Notes under the pieces: generated by a model
Databases searched by the model: none
Told to the model about the DNA's origin: nothing
What the model saw: the letters and a program-made list of their open reading frames with translations, nothing else
NCBI GenBank assembly: GCA_951406725.2
Contig: OX597816.1
Span: forward strand, 14,074,001 to 14,138,000
Reading direction: 5' to 3'
DNA: 64,000 bases
From: Octopus vulgaris
Lineage: Eukaryota
Made by a program: the position numbers and the translations under genes
Part shown: piece after piece, positions 52,555 to 64,000 of the stretch
How the letters are laid out: every line of letters starts with the position of its first letter
Position numbering within the stretch: the first letter of the stretch is position 1

Positions 52555-53900
52555 AAAATTTATACTTGAGGTCGGTTTGTCAAGAATACTCTCCAGTTTC
52601 CTCTATGTTGTGCTGCATGCATGCAATTGGCCAGGCTCTTGTTTCTGGTCCATTCTTTGATGTCGTCAATCCAAAAATATCATTGATTGGCCACTTACTC
52701 TCTTCCCTTTAACACACTCTGTCAGGATGGTTTTGGGCAGTCACAGGTAGCTCATTAAATGTCCAAAGTATGATAGCTCTATAGGTTTATTTTTCTACAA
52801 TAGAAGTATTTGGGTCATCAGCTTTTCAATTACTGCGGCATTTGACCGGCAGATTTTTAAAATAATTTCTTTGTAACTAAACACTTTTAAACTTCATATA
52901 CTGGTAGAATGTGTTTATAAAACATCTTTTTCTCTTGGCTTTCATGAGAAAATTCTGTAGTTTGTGAGCTATTTGTTGCTTAATTTCTTGCATTTCGGCA
53001 ATTTCAACCAATCAATGACGTCTATTGAGGTGAATACAATTTCTGCCGTAGTGTGTCAACAACAATTATTTGCGGTGTCATATGAATTTAGGAACGGTTT
53101 TGTTATCCAGCTCTGTTATCCCCTCAGTTTATGGCCACAGGGTATCTTTTTTCTCATAAATAACAGTGACAAATTCATATGACACCGCAAATAATTGTTG
53201 TTGACACACTACGGCAGAAATTGTATTCAACAGATTGGTTGAAATTGTCGAAATGCAAAAAATTAAACAACAAATAACTTACAAACTACAGAATTTTCTC
53301 AAGAAAGCCAAGAGAAAAAGATGTTTTATGTAACACATTCTACCAGTATACGAAGTTTAAAAGTGTTTAGTTACAAAGAAATTATTTTAAAAATCTGCCG
53401 GTCAAAGTGAAAAGATCCTCGTGTCTTTTTCAGCATATTCAGTCCAATCTTCGCAAGATCCACTGCACAAAAGACATCTCACTTCTTTTTGCCATTACTC
53501 TGTACATAATCCAAGTTTCTACCTTGTAGAGGACAGCTGGCTTATTATAAAATTCTTAGCCACAACTTTAGTGGTAGTGTTGTCTGTTTGAGCTAATAAT
53601 CTTTTTCACTTTCATAAATGTTGTTTTAACCTTCGTTGTTCTTTGAGTAACTTCTACCACAGCGACCTTTATGAATTATTATTTGTCCTAAATACTTGAA
53701 GTCTTTTCTTTGTAATTTGTTCACGCTTTTGTCCATCTACCTTCATATTTGCTTCCTACATCTAATAATAATAATAATAATGGTGTTTACTAACGGCTCG
53801 TTTCCTCTCAGAGATTATTATTTTGCAGTTTACAAACTGCTTATTTCCTGCCAGAGGGATTGAAATTTCTGCAGTTTACTAATAGCTTTCTTCCTGTCTT
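52555..53900 (-). mobile_element. Old RTE-clade LINE remnant split by a MITE
   Basis: DFKYLGQ, ETW, LSYFGHLM, LPKTIL...GKR, WIDDIKEWT and AAQHRGNWR motifs with many stops. Confidence 0.65.
52841..53418. mobile_element. Long-TIR palindromic MITE, copy 2
   Basis: Same TIR as 11604; arms extend ~250 bp around an ~80-bp spacer (53090-53170). Confidence 0.85.
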
Positions 53901-54049
53901 GCAAGAGTAATATCTACTGTAACAATTCTTGTACTGAAAGAGGAGCAATAGCGAAGTATTAAATAGAAACAGCTGCGTTCCAGCAACAGGTGATATTATC
54001 ATATTAAAAGTATTAACAGAGAGGGGGGAGAGGGGGAGAGAGAGGGAGA

Positions 54050-54595
54050 GAGAGAGGTGAGGGCCGAGAGGCAGGGGTAGGGACCTATGTGTGTGGGTGC
54101 ATGAGGAGGGAGTTGCTAAAAGAAGAAGGGAGGGGAGAGGAAGAAACGAGGTAAATGTGTACGAGAGAATGGGAAGAGAGAGAGACAGAGTGAAAGAGTG
54201 AAAGAGGAGGGAAAGAGAGAGAGAGAGAGGGAGAGAGAGGTGAGGGTGGAGAGTGCGACAGAGGATGAGAAAAGAGTGGCTGAAAGAGATAAAGAAAGAA
54301 GGGAGAGAAAAACGGGAGAGAGAGAGAGAGGTGAGGGTCGAGAGGGAGGGGTAGGGACCTATGTGTGTGGGTGCATGAGGAGGGAGTTGCCAAAAGAAGA
54401 AGGGAGAGGAGAGGAAGAAACAATGTAAATGTGTACGAGAGAATGGGAAGAGAGAGAGAGAGACAGAGTGAAAAAGTGAAAGAGGATGGAAAGAGAGAGA
54501 GAGAGGGGGTGAGGGTGGAGAGTGCGAGAGAGGAAGAGAAAAGAGTGACTGAAAGAGGTAAAGAAAGAAGGGAGAGAAAACGAGAGAGAGAGAGC
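54050..54595. repeat. ~274-bp tandem duplication of purine-rich sequence
   Basis: ggacctatgtgtgtgggtgcatgagg at 54081 and 54355. Confidence 0.85.
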
Positions 54596-55032
54596 AGAGT
54601 GAGAGACGGGAGAGGGAGAGGTGGAGAGATAAGAACAGAATTAGAAATGGAAGAAAAACAGAACAATAACCACCCAGATGTTATATTTAACCCTGAGTCG
54701 ATTCTGACAAAGCAAAGCTACGTTCAAAAGGCGTGCCACCCATGGCCAATTGTACTTTTTGTTCAAGATGCGGACATTTAACAGAACGTGTTTGAAGGGA
54801 AATTTGGTGGTAGTTTCTAGCAAGACGAGAGAGAAATCAAGATTTGAGTAAAAAAAATTCAGGAATTGAACGTAGGTTAAGGGAAGAGCGATGAAGGGGT
54901 AGAGGTAAAGGAGGAGGAAAGAGAAAGAGAAACATGGAGAGAGACTAAGACAAAGGAAAGAGAGTTATAGCATGAGTAGAGAGAAGAGAAAGAGAGAGAG
55001 AGGATAGAAAAAATATAGACAGTCAGACATGC

Positions 55033-55073
<41 letters not shown>

Positions 55074-55275
55074 CATACATACATACATACATACATACAT
55101 ACATACATACGTAGACAGACAGAGAGACAGAAAGATAGATAGATGGATGGACAAACAGACAGACAGAAAGATAGATAGATAGACAGACAGACAATCAGAC
55201 AGATAGACTGACCAGAGACAGAGGAGGAGGGAGGGAGAGAGGCAGACAGGTAGATATATATATATATATATATAT

Positions 55276-55340
<65 letters not shown>

Positions 55341-55494
55341 AAGAAAGATAGACGTACAGACAGACAGATTGGCCAGAGACCGACAGACAGACAGAGGGGG
55401 AGGGATGGAGAGAGACAAAGAGAAAGATAAATAAATAGATAGATAGATTGAGAGAGAGAGAGACAGAGAGAGAGACAGACAGACAGACAGATAG

Positions 55495-55540
<46 letters not shown>

Positions 55541-55543
<3 letters not shown>

Positions 55544-55614
55544 TGTTTCTTTATTAGCCACACAGGGCTGCACACAGATAGAACAAATTACAAGGTAGAG
55601 CTTTTCTTTTGAAG

Positions 55615-55655
<41 letters not shown>

Positions 55656-55824
55656 AAGGGGGAGTTTCGATAAAAAGGGATCGTAAAAGGAGAGAAAGAG
55701 GACAAAAAAAAGGGGGTTAAAAAAAAGGGGGAGAGGAAAAAAAAATTGATCAATAGGGATCGTTATCACAGAAATGTCAATATGAAGTGTAAAGGGGAGG
55801 ACAGGTGAGGTTTACCCGTGGAAA
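55541..55824 (-). mobile_element. Retroelement 3' fragment embedded in (TATC)n
   Basis: (GATA)n on both sides; minus-strand end ...agccctgtgtggctaataaagaaaca resembles 14170-14195 and the family B tail-A end. Confidence 0.55.
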
Positions 55825-55825
55825 G

Positions 55826-55864
<39 letters not shown>

Positions 55865-55957
55865 GAACAAATAAAAAATGCAGCAATTAGAACTCGGCAA
55901 AGAATGATATGATAGGTGGAAAGATCTTATAACGATATATGTCAGCCGCCTCACTCA

Positions 55958-56012
55958 CCCCCACCCCACCCCACCCCACCCCACCCCACCCCACTCCACC
56001 CTATCCCACCCC
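55958..56012 (-). repeat. (TGGGG)n repeat with G-quadruplex potential
   Basis: (CCCCA)n on the plus strand. Confidence 0.7.
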
Positions 56013-56280
56013 ATCAAAACTATACTGAAAGACAAAACGAAGAAAAAAGTAGAGAGAGAGAGAAGGAAATGAAGATAAGGGCAAAATAACTGAGAAATTA
56101 TAGAAAAGTAGGGAAAATGCTGATATTCTCGGCCTTATACATATTAATGCAAAGAAGATTTGTTGAATTTAATGTCAAGGACGAAATATGAGATTTCAGC
56201 TCTTCACCCGAGTAGAATTACTATTACAACACTCAGCCTTCAACAGACACATAGACACACCGACACACAGATGTACCTTT

Positions 56281-56699
56281 ATACATACATACATACACAC
56301 ATACATACATACACACATACATACATACATACATACATACATACATACATACATACATAAATACATATACATACGTACATACATACATACGTACATACAT
56401 ACATACATACATACATACATACATACATACATACATACGTACATATATACATACATACATACATACATACATACATACATACATACATACATACATACAT
56501 ACATTCATACATATATACATACATACATACATACATACATACATACATACATACATACATACATTCATACATATATACATACATACATACATACATACAT
56601 ACGTGCATGCATACATACATACATATATATATACATACATGCATACATACATACATACATACATACATGCATACATACATGCATGCATGCATGCATGCA

Positions 56700-56733
<34 letters not shown>

Positions 56734-57632
56734 CATACATACATACATACATACATACATACATACATACATACATACATGCATGCATGCATACATACAT
56801 ACATACATACATACATACATACATACATACATACATACATACATACAAACATACATACATACATACATACATACATGCATGCATGCATACATACATACAT
56901 ACATACATACATACATACATACATACACACATACATACATACATACATACATACATACACACACATACATACATACATACACACACACATACATAGATAC
57001 ATACATACACACACACATACATACATACATACATACATACACACACACACATACATACATACATACATACACACACATACATACATACATACATACATAC
57101 ATACGTGCATGCATACATACATACATACATATATACATACATACATACATACATACATACATACATACATACATACATACATACATACATACATACATAC
57201 ATACATACATACATACATACATACATACATACATACACGCACATACATACATACATACATACATATATACATACATGCATACATACATACATACATACAT
57301 GCATGTATGCATACATACATGCATACATACATACATACATACATGCATGCATACATACATACATACATACATACATGCATGCATACATACATACATACAC
57401 ACACACATACATACATACATACATACATACATGCATGCATACATACATACACACACATACATACATACATACACACACACATACATACATACATACATAC
57501 ATACATACACACACACATACATACATACATACATACATACACACACATACATACATACATACATACATACATACATACATACATACATACATACATACAT
57601 ACATACATACATACATACATACATACATACAT
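56281..57632. repeat. ~1.35-kb (CATA)n array
   Basis: Direct inspection; variant units repeat (acattcatacatatat at 56501 and 56561; acgtgcatgc at 56601 and 57103). Confidence 0.95.
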
Positions 57633-57936
57633 AGACTCAGATACACTGTTACTAACACGCTATCTTAAAGATAGCACTTTGCCAGTGACATGAACTTTTA
57701 TATCATGAGGTTATTCATAGTGTAGCGACCGTATGATGAGGTGGTGGCGAGAATGGCTCTTTACAACATCACACGGTCGATACAATAAATATAAATTGAA
57801 TAGTACATATAAGTGACAGGAGGAAAAAGAAACACAACTGCGTAGAATGATTAAGAGAAGATTTATTGATATAATAACAGGTGTGTGTGTATGTGTGTGT
57901 GTGTGTGTGTTTGTGTGAGTCATGGATACAGAATTA

Positions 57937-58167
57937 TATTTCTTTACTGCCCACAAGGGGCTAAACATAGAGGGGACCATGAAGGACAGACAAAGGGATT
58001 AAGTCGATTACATCGACCCCAGAGCGAAACTGGTACTTTATTTATCGACCCCGAAAGGATGAAAGGCAACGTCGACCTCGGCGGAATTTGAACTCAGAAC
58101 GTAACGGCAGAGGAAATACGGCTACGCATTTCGCCCGGCGTTCTAACGTTTCTGCCAGCTCGCCGCC
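57937..58167 (-). mobile_element. Family B SINE monomer
   Basis: Reverse complement of 28130-28361. Confidence 0.9.
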
Positions 58168-58178
58168 TTAGATTTATT

Positions 58179-58214
<36 letters not shown>

Positions 58215-59371
58215 ATAGATACAGAAATAAATTGACAGGCCGTCGTGAGAAGAGAGTTTATGCGTGTATGTGTATATAGGCATGGATGTGTGTGCGAGTT
58301 GTGTACGTCTGGGGATGTTGATAAGTAGACAGTGAAAAAGTCTATAAAGAGAAGCTAGAAGAATGTTCATAGACACAAGATAAATAATACCAGTTCATAG
58401 TCATTAGTACACGGGAGTTGAAATACTGTATCAAGAAGTTGCGGCCATGATGCTGAGCCGGTTGCCGGTACATATCGTACGTGAAGTCGTGACTCTGATG
58501 CTGCGGCCTGGGTCACTTGGTACGGGAGTTCTTGCAGGTTGTATATTCATTGTTGATCCATTGTGAAGTAATTCACGAACAGAGAAGTGTTGGAACCTGG
58601 GCGAGTTGCTTGCTGAGCTGTGTACGTAGAGATATGATGTTGACGACATTGTAAACACTACGGTGGCGACGAAGAAGGAGACTGCCGTAATGCTGTTGGA
58701 CGAAGTTGGTAAGTCTCAACGTGGCTGCTGTGGTGTCGCCGCTGCAACTGGCTATGTCTTGTGTAGTCAGTGGCTAGGCCTAAAAAGGTCTGGAACCGAA
58801 AGACATGTATTGAGGAAACACCTGGTTTTTTATAGAAAGCTGTAGACTCGAAATAGGATTCGCAAAAGGTTGTTTACGTGATGCTGTGTAAAGTCTCTGG
58901 CTATCTGCGGTCAGTTGGCACAACAGAGTAGGAGACAAATTGCCCTCAGACCAACCAATCAGAGTAGTGGATACAATGGGATACAAACAGCGGCCGAAGG
59001 CCAGTTGATTCCTGCTACGTTCGAATGCATGTGTATATAGAGTCTACACTACAATAGTATACAATTACAGAGGAGTAAGGAACAGAAAAAAACATAGGAA
59101 ATTAAATAGGAAGAACGTAAATGATAGAACAAGGGTCGAGAATCACTGAACAGAGATTTCTTTGTTGGATGGAAACATAACCCTCCCCACCCCACCGGCT
59201 CAGTTGTAACTGAGCAGACATTTTGCGAAATCCTTCCAACCGTAATTATTCGTCTCTTTATACCTGTTACCACATTCAATACAATATCACGTCATCTTTT
59301 AAGGCATATATATATATATATATATATATATAGCAAATGAAAGACGGAAGATGGAATATACGAGAATTTAT

Positions 59372-59487
59372 TATTAATCACGACAATTGTTTCGACACAT
59401 CTAGCTTCGATTCCTCTTGGTTGGGACACTCAACAACTGGTTCAGGAGCATCCGGCGGTGCAGATGTATCTTGTTGGGTGATAAATA
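59372..59487 (-). ncRNA. Hammerhead-shaped fold with decayed core, in a (TA)n-embedded insert (59333-59666)
   Basis: Stem I tatttatcac/gtgattaata, stem II gatacatct/agatgtgtc, GAAACAAUUGUC; core reads CCAACAA instead of CUGANGA. Confidence 0.5.
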
Positions 59488-59667
59488 GATACAACTCGTT
59501 AAAATGACTGTTTCGCAATGTAACTTCCCGTTTTGTAGAGAGAAAAGCAGACATACGGAGGAAATGTCTTCATTTATATAAAAGATCAAGAATAAAATCG
59601 CAGATGGCAAAACAAGAAACGAACACGCAATCCAGCGAGAAAAATATTAAAAATAACTGTTAACAGT

Positions 59668-59890
59668 TATATATATATATCATATAAAATCCGTTCTGTC
59701 TGTCTCTGTATGTGTCTTCTAGGATCTCGGGCGTCCTCCAACCGATTGCGCTCAAATTTGATATGTAGATACCGACGGTATCAGAGCGTGCATAAATCTT
59801 GAAAAAATTACAAACATCGATTCCAAGCGAGAATGCAATCGATAAAGCCGTGGGAACGTGCATTTGTACGCGCAAGTACATAAAAAGTCT
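59668..59890 (+). mobile_element. Possible Helitron-like 5' fragment
   Basis: atataaaa...tgtctgtctctgtatgtg...aaccgattgcgctcaaatttg is typical of Helitron 5' regions; no CTAG end found. Confidence 0.35.
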
Positions 59891-60690
59891 ATCTTTATTT
59901 CTTCTTTTACTTGTCTCAAATTTAGGTTAAATCAGAGTTTCTCAAAGGGGAGGCCTATGGGACGGTCGTACAATTTGTTTTGAGAAAATTTGGTTTAAAT
60001 GTTTGACAACTCAGCACCGACCATTGGACGAGAGGCGTGTATATATATATATCAGTTTAAAATAATGGTCCTAACATATTTTTCTTTATTGGAGCAAATT
60101 TGGCTTCCAGTAATCATCATAGGTACATTGCTGATAGTAATTTACCTACAATGGGTACTGGAAACAGCTGTAAGCCAAATTTGCTATAATAAAGGGATCA
60201 TATGTAATGACCATCATTTTAACTCGTCTCTTATATATCACTCAGTATAAAAACCAGTTTATCTGAAGCTCTTCCATGGATTTACAATATAGAATTGTGA
60301 TGAACCATAACCTTTGACCTTACCACAAGATTACCTGGAGTTCTTCACTAATCCAAGTAATATTGTTAGCCTGATGTGCCAAGAGAGAGCTTGTGAAGTA
60401 TTTTGCCCCGGATTGATAACCCTTCATTAGTTGTCCTATATATATGCGCGTGTGTGTGTGTGTGCATGAGTGCGAATGTATGTGTGCATATGTATATGTA
60501 TCGGCATCTGTTTCAACACACAATTTCACATCAGGTATCCTGCAAAACAAATACACAAACGTATATATAGTTTACTGTTCCGTTAAGGTTACGTCAACAA
60601 AAAAAGTATCCCATCCAGTGAGAGATAAACATTGTCTAATGTACACAATATATAGTTATGATCTAGTAATAGCAGGCGGCTTATAATAAC

Positions 60691-61270
60691 ACGCCTAGTG
60701 TCTCCAAGCAAACCCAAGGCTCTGAGCACATGGCGGATACAACTCATAAATCAGAACAAGAGAAATCATAAGATGGAACTTGAAGACCAACTCCACGCCA
60801 CATACGATAAAGAAGGAAATCGTAGAGAAATCCATGCCATATGCTAATGGATCTATGCGTAAATGCCATATGCGTAAATGAAAGATCGCATATCCACCGG
60901 ACTGCTGAAATCCAGATTAGAATTTTTCAACAAAAGTAAACATATGGACAAATTTCTATTGTCGAATTGGCGAACACCTGCCGCTCTGGACTGGGCAGCT
61001 GCATCACAGACTTTAGACTCCTTCCGTTGATTCTATACCAACTAGATTTATCGTTTTATGGTTACAGGGAATAGAACTTCAATTCTCTTCTTTTTACCTT
61101 TCTTTTTCTGGTTTTTTTTTTGGTTCACCCTTCCACTATTTGCATCCGCCTTCCTCTCGTGTTTTCTTATGATTTCTTTTGTTTTATTGTCTTGATCTGA
61201 AGTTTGTATAGGCCATGTGCTCATAGCCTAGTGTCTCCAAGTCTAACGATTGCTTGGAGACACTAGGCGT
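60691..61270 (+). mobile_element. Penelope-like element remnant (GIY-YIG C-terminus) flanked by inverted termini
   Basis: IKKEIVEKSMPYANGSMRKC and LLKSRLEFFNKSKHMDKFLL resemble PLE endonuclease C-termini; acgcctagtgtctccaagca and tgagcacatggc recur inverted at 61212-61270. Confidence 0.6.
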
Positions 61271-61523
61271 TTTAGTAAAACCTGCATAGACTATCTCCAG
61301 TGTATGAAACTAATAGTAGTTCATAACTATATACTGAGCACATTAAACAATACTATGTGTTTGTGTGTGTGTGTATGTGCGTTTATGTAAGTATGTATAC
61401 ATATATATACACGCACACACACGCGCACACACACATATATATATTTGTGTGTGTTTAAACATAAATATGAAAAATATACATAATCAAACATACGCACACA
61501 TACATACACGCATACATACATAT

Positions 61524-61556
<33 letters not shown>

Positions 61557-62116
61557 TGTACGAACACACGTGCATACAGGCATACATACCTATGTACAAA
61601 CATACATACATATATTGTGTATATATATATATACACACGTATGTACGTATATATTAATAGTGTTTGTAGTTACAAATATGCATGCTGTGTTGTGTCACAG
61701 ATTAAAGTGCGTAGGCAACTCTATTGACGCAGCCACGGCCTCTAGATCCTAGCAGTATATGAGTTTATGTTTTTACAAGTGTAGTATAATACGCCCGTGT
61801 CTAATCTATACTTTGCAACTGACAGAACGTGGAATAGTACAAAAGGTTATGAAATAAACAAATAGGGTTGGAGCGAACACAGTGGTATTTTGTTGGAGAG
61901 CAAATGCGAAACAATAACGTCGTTAATAAATATAGTAAACATGCGTTTCTTGGTGAATATTCCAAATACCTTTGGTAAATCTCGTTGCTCGTTCAGCCCA
62001 GTCGTGTGTTATACAACAGCAGTGGCATGTCTGGTTCAAGTTCATCCCATACGCGCCGCACACATACATACATACATACATAATACATACCTACATATAT
62101 ACATATATACATATAA

Positions 62117-62165
<49 letters not shown>

Positions 62166-62167
62166 AA

Positions 62168-62648
62168 GGCGAGCTGGCAGAAACGTTAGCACGCCGGGCG
62201 AAATGCGTAGCCGTATTTCGTCTGCCGTTACGTTCTGAGTTCAAATTCTGCCGAGGTCGACTTTGCCTTTCATCCTTTCGGGGTCGATAAATTAAGTACC
62301 AGTTACGCACTGGGGTCGATAGAATCGACTTAATCCGTTTGTCTGTCCTTGTTTGTCCCCTCTGTGTTTAGCCCCTTGTGGGTAGTAAAGAAATATATAT
62401 ATATATATTTCTTTATTGCCCCCAGGGGGCTAGGGGGCTAAACGAAGAAGGCACAAACAAGGACGGACAAAGGGATTAAGTCGATTATATCGACCCCACC
62501 CAGTGCGTAACTGGTACTTATTTAATCGACACCGAAAGGATGAAAGGCAAAGTCGACCTCGGCGGAATTTGAACTCAGAACGTAAAAACAAACGAAATGC
62601 CTCCAAGCATTTCGCCCGGCGTGCTAACGTTTCTGCCAGCTCGCCGCC
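62168..62648. mobile_element. Tail-to-tail inverted pair of family B SINEs
   Basis: Plus copy 62168-62394 and minus copy 62407-62648, separated only by (AT)n. Confidence 0.9.
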
Positions 62649-62960
62649 TTAACAACAACAACAACAACAACAACATCAACAACAATAGTAATCCTTGTGT
62701 TCATGCGTGTGCATTTGTGAGTGTCATTTATATGACTGTAGTGATTTGTTTATATTTTCAGAAAGAAAACGTTGAGTTTTAAAATAAAGTGTTTCCTAAA
62801 ATGTCTGCGTGATTCTGGCCTCAGCTGCACACATGTATGCGTCTGTTTATGCATACTTGCACATAAACCTGTTAGCGCACTTATATACTCACCTGCTTAC
62901 GTACATACACACATACATACGCAACACATACTCACCACACACATTATAAAAGTATAAATA

Positions 62961-63016
<56 letters not shown>

Positions 63017-63034
63017 GTCTGTCTATCCATCAAG

Positions 63035-63075
<41 letters not shown>

Positions 63076-63134
63076 CATTTATCTCTCTATCTATCTCTCT
63101 ATCTATCTCACACACGTACACATACACACACACT

Positions 63135-63270
63135 CTAGTGTAGCTACGAGGGGTGGTAGGGGCGGTCCATCCCAGGCGGCACTTTTAAAGGGGCGGTACT
63201 TTTGGGTCTGCTGTAGGCAATATGTGTTTTTTGTGGAGCCCGGGGGCGGCACAGACTTTAGCTGCACTAG
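63135..63270. mobile_element. Short TIR element (hAT-like MITE candidate)
   Basis: ctagtgtagcta ... tagctgcactag termini; no clear TSD. Confidence 0.5.
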
Positions 63271-63399
63271 TGCACACACAGAACAATATACAAAAATGTA
63301 TACAAACTTTTACAACCCATAACTTACTAAAACTATTTTATTTTCTTTTATTTATTTATTTTTTTGTTTGTTTCAGACTCGAACGATTGTAAATAACGG

Positions 63400-63640
63400 T
63401 CAAAATAATACAAAACTTTGGAAAAAATGGAAATTATTTTCAAGAGGTTCCAGAAGTGTGGGAACGAAACTGAAGTACGAAGACGTTTGAGAACGAAAAT
63501 TCAAACAGATCCACCAACGTGAGTCATCGTTGGTTTCATAGAAACGAGTTTGATACAGAAAGAACTAAGGACAACAAAACCATCAGAATTCTGGAAGACC
63601 GCACACTTTCACGATCATCTACAAACCCCACGAGAGAAAA
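63400..63640 (+). pseudogene. Decayed N-terminus of a DUF4817-type Tc1/mariner transposase
   Basis: IFKRFQKCGNETEVRRRLRTKIQTDPPT*V resembles the EVQRRWRxxFxxxPPTRxTI HTH motif. Confidence 0.45.
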
Positions 63641-64000
63641 AATAAAAAAATAAATAAATAAACTGCTGAAAACTTGCCATCGATTCTAAGTTAGACCATT
63701 CTTCTTCGACAGCATTTGTGTCTCTCCATAAAATTCAAATGTGTTTTTAAATCCTTTTTCTACATTTTACCTGTTTGCTTTTTAAAAAAAAAAATATGTT
63801 GAACTATAAAAGCTTCAGATTTAGTAATGGTGACTGGATTTGAATGATTTTTGAATGCTGTAAATAAAAAAAAAAAACAATGTATCAAGCTTAACTCGGA
63901 GTGATGGACTTTGAATCGAATGTTTCAAATTTTGAAATGTGGAAATATCCAACAACTGTAGTAAAAACGGCGATTTCTTTTCTAGGCACAAGGCCCGAAA

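Noticed and set aside
56188-57693. ORFs of 300-500 aa (HTYI/MYVC repeats), also at 17068-18227 and elsewhere
   Set aside because: Translations of (CATA)n, which lacks stop codons; not genes.
63377-63520. Plus-strand acceptor (tttcag) followed by a short ORF as a host exon
   Set aside because: The peptide resembles a transposase HTH with an in-frame stop; treated as a transposon fossil.

Overview
AT-rich, repeat-dominated eukaryotic DNA, most likely an octopus (coleoid cephalopod) intronic/intergenic region; the taxon is inferred from the tRNA-derived SINE families and very high (CATA)n/(TA)n/(TATC)n/(AAT)n content, and was not checked against a database. No intact protein-coding gene is visible. 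There is one good candidate 51-nt internal exon on the minus strand (3908-3958), and nearly all long ORFs in the track are microsatellite artefacts. The window is a nested graveyard of SINEs (three head families), decayed LINEs (CR1-like, RTE, R4/Dong-like with restriction-like endonuclease), Penelope-like remnants, Tc1/mariner fossils, hAT/piggyBac/pogo-like MITEs and Helitrons. The most interesting signals are: (i) three R4/Dong-like copies whose 5' junctions all sit in (CATA)n, plus other elements each embedded in its own microsatellite type, suggesting a guild of microsatellite-targeting retroelements; (ii) several type I hammerhead-ribozyme folds, mostly in inverted-repeat or (TA)n-embedded fragments, one with an intact core (48929-48979); (iii) SINE concatemers inserted as single events, with junctions at loops of the tRNA-like head; (iv) a SINE/LINE pair sharing a 3' tail; (v) a ~139-bp tandem array of tRNA-like Pol III promoters next to the candidate exon. 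Family assignments come from motif recognition by eye only.
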